64,000 nucleotides of DNA from positions 125,550,001-125,614,000 of the forward strand of contig OZ024743.1 of the NCBI GenBank assembly GCA_964016885.1. Direction: 5' to 3'. Origin of the DNA: Eledone cirrhosa. Lineage: Eukaryota. Made by a program: the position numbers and the translations under genes. Under the pieces are notes generated by a model, which made no database searches, had not been told where the DNA came from, and worked only from the letters and a program-made list of their open reading frames with translations. Positions 53,421-64,000 of the stretch are shown here, one piece after another; position 1 is the stretch's first letter, and each line of letters opens with the position of its first letter.

Positions 53421-56400
53421 TTCAGTACCTTTGTAAGTGTAATTTTTTCTTAATTTTCACAAGGAGGAGAAATTGCAAATGTAGGAATAAAGTGTTTATT
53501 ACAATATACATACTAAAGAGGTGATAGGAAGGGCAGCCAGCAATAGAAACATTACTAAATAAAGGGTCAAGAGGACTCTTCAGTTGTGTCTTGGACACAA
53601 CAATCTTTGTTGGTAATACAATAAGCACACTCTGTGAAGGAGTTGGTGATAGGAAGGACATCCAGTTGTAGAAAAGTTGCTAAACAAAGAAGTGAAAGGA
53701 TTCTTTGTGTCAAAAACATGACAACCTCTTTATTGCTGGTGCTACAATAAAATGCATAATGCACCCTGTAGAATGCAAGGACATATATGAGATGCAGCCC
53801 ACAGTCTGCCTGTGAGGACAGAGTTCTGACTTTGTCTATGACAACACACCAAACCCTTGCTAGCAGAAAAAACACATAAAATAAAATGAGAATGGTGGTG
53901 ATAGTAGTGAGTGATAATGATGATGATGAACTAGAAGTGAGAGCAATCAAGAGTGTCTATATTATTGGCAATGATCTTGACACATTTTTATTACAAACAT
54001 TGAGTGGAGAATGGGTTAAAAAGATGAGGGAAAGTTGAAAGGATGCCATTTATCTCCTGTAGATGTAACAAATGGCAAGGAATTTTCACATTTTGCTTAT
54101 ATTTCATTTAATTATTTAGACATTTTCTTTAAACACCTCTAGTAGCCAATAAAGAAATCATTATTTTCTCATTTTTCACTTTGTATTTTGAAAATCTCAA
54201 ACGCATGCTGTGACACTTTGGGTGATTGTCTGACTTGATGGTACCCTCAGTCAACTCTGGTTCCATTTACTTTGTAATTGAGGTTACTGAAGGGTTAGAT
54301 TTTTGGGGGTTTTTTTTTAGAGGACTGATTCATCAGTATCACACTTTTGATATTTTCACATTGCTAGGGTTTGAATGTATTCCTATGCTTCTATGGAAAG
54401 GAATCCTTAACTAAATATATAATACAAGATTGTAGTAAATTCCATTAGTATTTTCTTACATTCAGACATGAGAAGCATCAGCAAAGAATGAACATTTTTC
54501 ACCAGTAATAGTGTGTTTATGTATATGTGTCTGTAATGCGGACACAGCATGGTTAAATGATTAAGAAGTTTGTTTCGAAATCATTAGGTTCCAGGTTTGA
54601 TCCTACTGTATGGTATCTTGAGCAACTGTTATTTACCTCGGGTCGACCCATGCCTTGAGTGAAATTGGGTAGACAGAATGTGTTTGGAAGCCTGTCAGAT
54701 GGATTGTGCTTGTAATTCAAAAGGCCAATGTTGTCACGTTATGTCATGTTAAATTTCCCTGAGAATTACATTAGGAGTACATGTGTTTGTGGAATGCTCA
54801 GCCACTATGTTAATTTCATGAGCAGACTGTTCCAATGACCAAACAACTGGAACACTCATCATCAAAATTAAGAGGTTCATTGCTTGTATGTAATGGCCAG
54901 CTGTGACAGTTTGAACTAACCAATGAGAGGTTGTCATGTTCTGCTTCTCTGATGTGCAAAATCTCAGGTGGATATTGCCTTATGGTCCCAGTAGACAGAA
55001 TTGAAAAGGCATTGCCTTGGATAGTAAGAATGTCATTTTGAAATAAAGCTTGACTGATGAATAATTTTGGAAATGTGTATTATCCACACTGATAATCTGA
55101 ATGAAGGTTAGAGAATACACACTTGTTGTTTAGGTTGAGTATTAGTGGATAACTTGTTAACTGGACTGTACTCTCAACTACTTAAAGTCGTAATAAACCA
55201 GGATAAGCTCTGACCTGATATACCTCTAGGTTGAAGAAAGACTTTTTTCAATGAGCTTGTGTTATTCAACAGCACTCATCAAGCTATTTGTTATCATCAT
55301 CATCATAATTTATATTTCCACTTTCCATGATGGCATATCTCAAACAGGTTGTCACTGTCCATGACCAGATGGGTCAGTTGGATGTTCTTCCTAACACCAA
55401 CTACTTTGCATGGTGTTCTGGGTGCATTTTTTCATGACACCAGCCCTACCACTTTACACAGTGGACTAGGTGCATTTTATCGTGGTGCCAGCACTACAGA
55501 GGTTGTCGCATGATCATTCAACCTCAAGATTTCTCTTGAACTCTATATTTTCTCTGTTCAATTTATTAAGAAGTCTTGTGAGCTATATAAAAGGGTGTAA
55601 CATGTGCAGGCCCATGCCTCTCCAAAGAGTATTAGTACTGGAAGTAAAATAATTCTTGCAAATTACTGGAAATACATATTTGATTTTTCATTTTGGTTAT
55701 GAATTTATAAATATCAACTCTGTAAAAGCAATTGTTTCCAACACACACATTATCCACTTCAGTAGTGCAATTTGTCAAAGCTTAACATACTTTTATTTTC
55801 TTTCTTTACATACCACCAGCACATACACACATGTATGTATATGTGTATGTGTGTGAAGAATGACCTCTAGCAACTGAACTTCATGAAGGATAGGACACAG
55901 GATCATCATGATTTATGATTTATTGTGTTAGAAAAGATATGCCCACCAGTACAAGCACAGTGACACTAAATATAAATGTGATGAGAGTTTGAAGTTAGGT
56001 ATTTGTACATGCACCTATACCTATACATTAGACATTCATATATATGTGTGAGGGGATCCTTTTAGCCTGCAGTAAATGGGATAAACTGAGGGAATGCTCT
56101 CAGTATTCTCTGTAAAGTGGATAAATGGATTTAGTCACATAGGGAAGAGAGAACCTTTCATTCTTGTCAAGGACTTGACAACCTCTTTAGTGCTAGTACC
56201 GCAATAAAACGCACCCAGTACACTCTGTAAATTGGTTGATGATTGAACAGAGCCAATATAGGGTAGAGAGGACTCTTCAGTGCTGGCTGAGCACATGACA
56301 ATGAAATACACCTAATATATTCTGTAAACTGTGCTAGAATATGGAATGTATGACAGGTTGCCTTGACTCCACAGATCTTCATGTACTGTCTTGCCATGTG

Positions 56401-56439
56401 AACAGAGATCATTTCACTTGCTATATTAAACTGAACCTA

Positions 56440-57040
56440 ATTATCAAAAGGACCCTGGTTTGTGTCAATATCCTCTCAATTCTGGAGCCAACTGAATTGA
56501 GGAGAGTTGATGGGAAGAGGCCAAGTGGTTTAATTGTTTACCCCTGGCTAAAAGGTAGATGTTTCAATTGGGACACCACACTTAGCAACTCTTCTTCTCC
56601 TTTCTATATCATGGATGCTGCAGCAAAGGTGAGGGCCATTGCATCCATAGACAAACAGAATAAAATTCTAAAATACAAGGAATTAGTGGCAATTTTTTTC
56701 TGCCTGTGCTGTTTGAGATGTAGGGGGAAACTGGGCTGCTGACAACATGGTTATTATTGTTATTGGCCCGCCTACTTTAAGGTTCTTTACATTCTGAGTT
56801 CTAATCGTGCTGAGGTTAACTTTACCTTTCATCCTTACGGGGTTGATAAAATAAAGTACCAGTCACACACTGGGTCGATATAATCAACTTTCCCATCTCC
56901 CCAAATTGTTGGACTATAGTAAAAACCATTATTGTTGATGTCTTGCTTTATTGACAAATCAGGTGATGCCCATGAGGGTGTTTGGTTATTCCAGCACCTT
57001 GACCTCACTATCATCCATGGCAATGCCTACAAATTTATTA
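56440..57040 (+). mobile_element. CRE-clade LINE 3' fragment interrupted by a SINE (~56770-56935)
   Basis: LEPTELRRVDGKRPSGLIVYPWLKGRCFNWDTT...KILKYKEL, then SGDAHEGVWLFQHLDLTIIHGNA. Confidence 0.75.
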
Positions 57041-58303
57041 GAGGGGAAATTTCAGCCCTTGTTTTGGTGAGTGATTAAGTGTGTATGGGTGTGTGTGTCT
57101 CTTCTTCCAATTTTTTCTCTTTTTTTTCTTCATAATTTCTTTTTAGTAAACTGTTATTTGTATGCATTCTATAAAAATAAATCTTAATTAAGTCATTGAC
57201 TGCCGTCTTATCCGTCTTACCTCACATCACCTGCTTTATGTCACTGACTCCAAAGTTAATTACATCTTCATCATTTACAATGACTCGTGGAGTGAATCGG
57301 GATGTTTCAAGATCACAAGGTGAAAATGGAGGACTTAATATCAAAATACATTCAATTTTATATATATGTTGGCATGGTACATGTTCCACAGTGTGTGTGT
57401 ACGTACATAGTGTGTTAATAAGCGTGTAAATGTCAATAGCACAAGCATACAAGTTATAACTACAAGAGTAGACAATGAGTCACTAGAAGTTTTTAGACGA
57501 TTTAATCTGTAACATTTGATCCTTAGCCAACAAATACAACTTCTACTCCATTGACGGATTATTCGTTATTTTCTTTTCTTTAATTTCTTACTGTCTTTCT
57601 TTTTATTCGTTTATTTTATATAAACCATGCCGTCGTGTAATTATTGTTTAAACAGATTTCTGTTCGTGTTTAACCTACCGAGATAAATGGGGTGGATAAA
57701 AAGAACTTTATTTCCTTAATCAATAAATATTTCTGTCTCACAATTCGAAAGAAATAGTTATAAACTCATATACACACACACAAATTTATTTATTTATTTT
57801 CAAATTTCGAAATAAATTTCTTTAAACGTTCTCGGATAAAAATAATTTTTCGCTATTTACATTTTTTTTTCTTTATTTCTTTAAAATCGGGCGTAGAGAT
57901 TAAGAAATGCAGAAAAACTAATATTGATTATAGATACTGAGGTACTTTCAGAAATTCGGAAGCTAAAATCAGAAATTCGGAAGCTAAAATCAGAAATCAA
58001 TAGATTACAGTGAAAATCTGGCGTTGAGCCAGAAACGGATCGTTTAATCATCACCAGGTTTTCTATAATCGTTCACGATAAATCCAGATATGCAAGACGT
58101 GCTATTGTAGTACGAGACAAAAGTTTATATGGACACCTACATCACTGATTTTATAGTATGAAATTGAGTATCACTTCAGAACAGTGAAATTCACAAAAAT
58201 GGATCTTAATTTTTTTTATTGGAGAACATTATTCCTAGTAAAAAGAAAATAATAGTGTAATATTTTTTGTCGAATTGATCGATTATAACCTGCCATAAAA
58301 AAA

Positions 58304-58650
58304 GGCATATGGATTAGTGATTAGAGCGTTGAGCCTGCATTCATGAGGTTGTGAGTTTGATTCACGGACCGGGTGATGCGTTGATATCCTTGAGCAAGAC
58401 ACTTTATTTCATGTTGTTCTAGTTTACTCAGCTGTAGAAATGAGTTGCGACGTCACTGGTACCGAGTTGTATCAACCTTTGCCTTTCCCTTGGACAACAT
58501 CGGTGGCGTGGAGATGGAAGACTGGAATGCATGCGTGACTGCTGGTCTTCCATAAATAAAAAAACAACAACAACCTTGCCCGGACTTGTGCTTTGATGCA
58601 AATTGCATGACCCATCGGCGTGACCGAAGGGGGTCTTTACCCTTTACCCT
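58304..58650 (+). mobile_element. Second tRNA-derived SINE family, near full-length copy (others ~5071-5165, 29850-29996, 32300-32530, 34620-34750 on -, 41710-41995, 54540-54862)
   Basis: tRNA-like head GGCATATGG.TTAGTG.TTA...GAGTTTGATTC and body GTCCTTGAGCAAGACACTTTATTTCA. This copy keeps its CpGs and has an A tail. Confidence 0.75.
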
Positions 58651-58967
58651 AAAAAAAAAAAGACTATACCAAGACAAAAGAAATTGTTATTGCGGCAAAT
58701 GTCCCCATCGTATTTAAGTTGCACAATCATGTGAAATCTGAATAGTATAAGATACATTAGAATAATTATTAAAAAGTTATTTTTTTAATCCATAGGACTA
58801 AAACAAATTCCAATAAGAAAAAAAATTAAAATCGTTTCTCAACAAACGCGTGTGAGAAAGCTTAGGATATTTCTTCAATGACTTATTGTATTTTCGTTAA
58901 AATCAAAAATGAATATTCTGTCGAAATAAACTCTGTAAGATGCAGGATTAACATACATAATCTAAAT

Positions 58968-59257
58968 CTGTCATGGCAACCTGCAGCCCGCGAAGCTTTC
59001 TGAATGGCTCGCCTAAATCACCTCAGTGAAATCTTTCTGATTTTTTTACCCCAACTTTTCAGTCGTAATTTATCTTTCTATCATTTTTACGATCGAGGAA
59101 AACAACGTGTACGAATTCTGAAGAAACAAATCAAAACAACCTGAGTTACCGCCCTTTTTTTTAATGTGGGCACGAATATAAATTAGCGCCTGCGGCTCGC
59201 CTGATGATGAACCATATCCCATGCGGCCCGATTCTCGAAAAAGGTTGCCCATGCCTG
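58968..59257. mobile_element. hAT (Charlie-like) MITE
   Basis: TIRs CTGTCATGGCAACCT / AGGTTGCCCATGCCTG and an 8-bp TSD ATCTAAAT / ATCTAAAC. Confidence 0.8.
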
Positions 59258-59559
59258 ATCTAAACTAAATCTAATCCAAATATTCCAGTTACAAATTTCA
59301 CCACTGACTATCTTTTTTTCTCGGAGGAGAGTGAATTATGACCTTATAGACATATATCTAAATTTATAGATTGACATGACTATAAGAAACGAATTTTTAC
59401 CAACACTTCAAGTAATTGGAGGTCATATCTTATTCGAAACGATTGTAAGAGAATAAAAACGTTTTTTGTTTTTTATGAAAGAAGTATAATTTTCTATTAA
59501 TACTTTCCTTTGAGAATTGTTAATATAGTTCTACCTTTGATGTATGTATGTGTGCATGC

Positions 59560-60270
59560 ATGTGGGACCTGGATCCCATATCGACACCACCTTAAACAGT
59601 TGGAACGTTTCCATCAGATGTGTCTCAGACGGATCTATGGCGTTCACTAGAGGGACCACATCAGTGATGTCGAGATTTTGGAAAGCTCTCTGTGAGAAAG
59701 CATAGAAGCTCTTGTGCTTAAGCAAAGACTCCGGTGGAGTGGTCACCTTGCCAGGATGAAGGATACCAAAACAACTCTTTTATGGAGAGTAAGTTAAAGG
59801 AAAACGACCTCCACATAAACCAAAAAAGAGGTATAAGGATTCGTTGAAAGCCTCTTTGAAAGACGCTAACATTTTGCTGATCGTAATAAATGGAGAAAGA
59901 CTGTACACGAGGAGAAAGTTGCTTTTGAAGCACCTCGAATCGCATACGAGAAAGTAAAAAGGGATGTCAGGAAAGTCATTGCTGCTACATTTCCAGGCAG
60001 CGAAGGTCCTCCTATGGCGCTGACATGCAGCGATTGTGCAAGACTCTGCCACAGCAAAGCTGGATTCAAAAGTCATCTTCGCAGTCATAAAGTGAGACCA
60101 GTGGTTAACTACCAGGCTGCTGTTGGAGATGCTACTCATCATGCCTGTCAAGCATGTGGAAAAGAGTGTAGATCTGCAGGAGGGGTCAAACGACATGCAA
60201 AACCACAGCTGGCTATTGCCAGTGAATGTTTTTATCATGGTTGCCAACTCTGCAACACATTTTAGATCAT
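59560..60270 (+). mobile_element. RTE/BovB-like LINE 3' fragment with C-terminal C2H2 zinc fingers
   Basis: HLKQLERFHQMCLRRI...RLRWSGHLARM...KPKKRYKDSLK, then CSDCARLCHSKAGFKSHLRSH. Frameshifted. Confidence 0.85.
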
Positions 60271-60429
60271 TAACTGGACTAAAAGTCGTAGCACTGTTAA
60301 TTATTGATATATACATGTGCGTGTGTGTTTTTTTTTGTTTTTTTTTATCGTGCAATGACATTCGATAACGAGGCGGGCAACCATCATGTATGTATTATGT
60401 GTGTGTGTATGCATGTATGTTCTGGGTTT

Positions 60430-60995
60430 TATAATTTTATAAATCTTTACCTATAGAAAGAGAGTCGGTTTCTAACATAGATACAAGACTCTCTCATTGG
60501 AATTTACACAACATCAACTAGGTAGATATGTCTGCATGCATGTGTGTGCAGGTATGGATGTTATTATATGTGTGGATGTGGATGTTTTTTAGTTATAGTG
60601 TGCATGTGTATATGCTTTGTATCTGTACATGTGTACATGCAGTTATTAGATGCGGGATTTGGGGAATGCGTTACATAATTTTACAGTTCCATTAATGGAT
60701 TGTACTTGTAATTTCCTAACTATTTGTGTTCTTTCTGTTCCTGTGAAGCCCAGCTTCTCAAGATTTGTATTGAGACAGTTACTAACATATCCCAGTGCCC
60801 CAATAATCACAGGCATAAATCTGAAGGTATAATCAGGGTGGAGTATCTGCAGATTTCTCATTTGTTCTGCATGATATTCTCCTTTTAGCTAATCTTTAAT
60901 ATTATATTGGCATCTGCTGGGCAAATATCTATGCAGAACTAATGAGAAATCTGCAGATACTCCACCCTGACTATACCTTCAGATTTATACCTGTG
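60430..60995 (-). mobile_element. RLE-type (R4/Dong/NeSL-like) LINE 3' end with terminal stem-loop and 5' inversion
   Basis: [24 protein letters not shown]...KLQVQSINGTVK. 3' hairpin GAGAGAGTC..GACTCTCT. 60809-60872 is inverted at 60931-60995. Embedded in TATG repeats. Confidence 0.7.
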
Positions 60996-61500
60996 TGTGT
61001 ATGTATGTATGTATGTATGTATGTATGTATGTATGTATGTATGTATGTATGTATGTATGTATGTATGTGAGAGATGACCCCTTAGCCTTTGTCAAGGCAG
61101 AATTCTAGGAGAAGGAAAACTCTGATATAACACCTGCAACCCTGATGGTATCCAATGATGTTGACTTGTTCTTCTTTTTGGTAAATATCATCTTGGTTAA
61201 GAGAGTGGGACTGGCTTTGTGCAGTGCCTTTGCTCACTATAAAAGTTTCACGGCACAGGCATTGCTTTATATCTGGAGATCTCTCTGTACTTGTCGTCAC
61301 ATGGTACCATGGGCCTAGCACTATGTGTCAATAATTCCATCACCATGTATGTATGTATGTATGTATGTATGTATGTATGTATGTATGTATGTATGTATGT
61401 ATGTATGTATGCATTATGTGTATGTATGTGTGTGTGTATGCATGTATGTATGTATCTATGTGTGTGTGTGTATGCGCGCGTGCGTATCCATGTATATATG
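60993..61500. repeat. Two (TATG)n/(TG)n microsatellite tracts (60993-61068 and 61345-61500)
   Basis: Seen directly; they explain the MYVC-repeat ORFs. Confidence 0.95.
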
Positions 61501-62326
61501 TATGTAATTATGTTTGTATAACAGGTTTCTATTTCGTTTCATATATGCATGTAAATATATATTTGAAAGACAAGACAGACAAATAGATACAAGTAGGATA
61601 TGTGAGGAATGTAGCGAGAAACATTGCAAAGCCAGTCGGGAAATCAGAAATTACAATAAAACAGGATAACAGTGACATATGTAGAGAGAACGAGATAGGG
61701 AAGCAGTAAGATAATGTTACTACGGAACCGTAATAATGCTGTCATGTGTGATTAAATATTTTACTGTCTGGGAAAGTAGAGAGTGCAGGGAATTCCAATA
61801 GCAATAAAGGTTGCTATTATAGTAAGCCTGGTGATTACCAGATGGTGTCAACGTGTGTTGGGGTCACGTGTACTGACAGCACAGCTTGTACTGGGACTTA
61901 TTTATTAATTATGACCAGATACGTCGTGGGGAATGTGATTGTCTTGTATATCAGGTAACTAGGGCCGGCACTACCATTAGGCCAACTAGGCAACCGCCTT
62001 GGTCGCAGACCACTGAGAGCCACATACTGACCCTTAAATGTTATACTTCAATACCGTGTACTCTTTCCTTATGGTTCTCGCGGTTTAAAGGTTTGTACGG
62101 TGATTTATTGGCCCTTTTGATACGAAACCACCTGAAACCGCCCCAAATTCTAGCATGTGTTTTTAACCGTAATATTATTTTATTCATAGTTGTATAAATA
62201 ATTGTTTCTACTTTTTGGCACAAGGCCAGCAATTACCCAGTGCATTTCTGGTACTTTATAGTTGTATAAATAATATTACAAATTGTTCACAATTCAGAAT
62301 GAAAATATAAACACATATAATAAATA

Positions 62327-62693
62327 TGTAGCGGTTGTCTCCCTTGTTTTGATTAGGATCTAGACGGGAAGTGGAACCCTTTCTGCAACTTCCGGTCAGA
62401 GCCCTATAAAACTAACAACTTTAAGCTTCCTCTCTCTCTTTGCCTTTTCGGCACCAGGTCGAAGAGTCTTCTCATTTGGCTCTGCCATTAATTTGGCCAA
62501 CAGGCGCCTGGCCTTAGCCAGGCGCCCTCTGCCAGCCGCGTTTGCCTGGCAATCAAAACGGTAACTACTAACTTTGTTTCATTCTAACATCTATCTTTGA
62601 CATGTCAAGTATTCTATCTACCGTTAATTAAATATTATATACACAAACATTGTCTCGTTTTGTTACATTCATACAACCAGTACCCTCGCTATA
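62327..62693 (+). mobile_element. Solo LTR (~367 bp)
   Basis: TGTAGCG...CGCTATA inverted termini, AATA 4-bp target duplication, CCTATAAAA TATA box (~62403) and ATTAAA (~62627). Confidence 0.7.
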
Positions 62694-62869
62694 AATACAA
62701 ATAATTATTGCTAGGAATCACACAAATATAACGCACCAAAATATATGATCAGGGAGAGAGAAAAAAAAAAAAGGGATCAAAAACAAAAAAAAAAAACGAC
62801 CATCAATTCACCCCCAAGTGCAACAATCGACCGCACATCACAAGGGTCAACGGAATATTTTCAGACAAG

Positions 62870-63440
62870 CCAAAACGCTCGCAGCATTGCCATGCGTGAT
62901 GGCGAGACTAAGTTACTAAAACAACAAGGCACCCTCACGGACATCACCTAACACCATCGGTAAGGCGGTGGTATTAGTCAGCGGCCCAGCTTAACCAAAC
63001 GTCACGAATGTCACAGGCTGGAAAAATACAAAACTGTTTATTAAAAAAAAACATTCCATCATAATTTCATGTTAAAATGCTTAAGGTGATTATATTACTA
63101 AATCTTCCGAATTCTGGATTATTTTCAACCTGATCTAAAAATCATAGGCAGTGGTTTTCATTAGAAAATATGGTAATGAAAGAAACAAAATATGGTAGTG
63201 AAAGAAAACAAAAAGAAAAAAAAAACAGAAGATGCTCACTCAATAACACACCACGCCAAGGAGCGTTGGAGGCGCCCTCTTATATTTGATGTAAGCCAAC
63301 ACACTCAGTATTGCCGCATGTGATAGTGAGGCTAAGGCACTGTAATAGCCAAGCACGCTCGTGAGCATCACCTGATACCTCGGTGAGGTGAGCCGCCAAC
63401 AAGAACCTCGCTGTCGGCAGCCCAGCTTCCCTAAATGACT
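62870..63440 (-). mobile_element. Two CRE LINE C-terminal remnants (~62870-63000 and ~63290-63440) separated by a piggyBac-MITE fragment
   Basis: SGDAHERAWLLQCLSLTITCGN on the minus strand, similar in nucleotide sequence to 56955-57030. Confidence 0.6.
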
Positions 63441-64000
63441 CAAATACCAAAAACTGAAAAGAAAAAAAAAAAAAGTGTGTCGATAATTCGTGGTTAGCAA
63501 CACTTTTGAATATTGATGTCTTACATATTTGTATAGCGGATCAAATGTTAGAATAAATGTTTGTGGTGGGGTGTTGATTCGGTTGTTAAGTGTGTATTCA
63601 TCGATTGCTCGGTTGTGTGGTCACTGTTGTGTAGAGTCTAGGCGAGGGAAGATTGATGTGTCCGATATAGTGTGACTAGAGATTGTAGGTTTGCAAGTAA
63701 GTGAATAACAATGTTCATTATGATGATAATGATATGATGGTTCCTTGGGTAATTTACTTTGATCGGGTAGGAAATGAAATATATCAACCACAATAACACA
63801 AAGCCGCTATGGTACTAATTTATTAAATATAACTTTCGCCGAAGTTATATGACAATACACGAAGAACAAATAACCACAGATGAATTGTGAGATGTTATGT
63901 ATCAGGATGATGTGTATGTGTGTTTGCTTGCAAAGGTATTATTAAAAATATATTTGCCAAACTTCTGTTGATGGTATGAATTTTGCTGGCTTGAGAGGGG

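Noticed and set aside
55030-55070. CTGATGA ataatttt gGAAA motif
   Set aside because: Stem I cannot form and stem II is negligible.
59195-59245. CTGATGA...GAAA hammerhead-like words
   Set aside because: No convincing stem I, II or III; the sequence lies inside a hAT MITE next to its TIR.
61291-61586. MYVC-repeat ORFs
   Set aside because: Translation of a (TATG)n microsatellite.
63240-63440. CpG-rich stretch with a minus-strand TATA-like and AP-1-like site that looked like a promoter
   Set aside because: Translates as a CRE LINE C-terminus (GDAHERAWLLQCLSLTI..GN), so it is a retroelement 3' end.

Overview
AT-rich, microsatellite- and transposon-dense animal genomic DNA. The repeat landscape (Nin/Deu-domain tRNA SINEs, RTE LINEs with (GAT)n tails, CRE LINEs, Penelope fragments in (TA)n) suggests a coleoid cephalopod such as Octopus; this is inference. 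One host gene is supported: a + strand myeloid leukemia factor (MLF) homologue with four phase-consistent coding exons (12409-12610, 29127-29255, 35075-35234, 37574-37719), whose first exon probably lies upstream or outside the window. The rest is mostly mobile DNA: RTE, CR1/L2, CRE and RLE-type LINEs, a decayed Gypsy element, a solo LTR, a full-length mariner-like transposon, tandem Helitrons, piggyBac/hAT/Tigger MITEs and about 30 SINEs. The most interesting signals are: (1) six minimal type I hammerhead ribozyme motifs in Penelope-type inserts inside MLF introns, three of them followed by an inverted copy that starts near the cleavage site, plus an identical sense/antisense pair forming a ~180-bp hairpin; (2) a candidate distal exon at 49447 encoding a second MLF C-terminus that resembles the proximal one; (3) a ~7.5-kb repeat-free 3' region and a CpG boundary near 57.2 kb. 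All calls were made by eye; no searches or folding were run.
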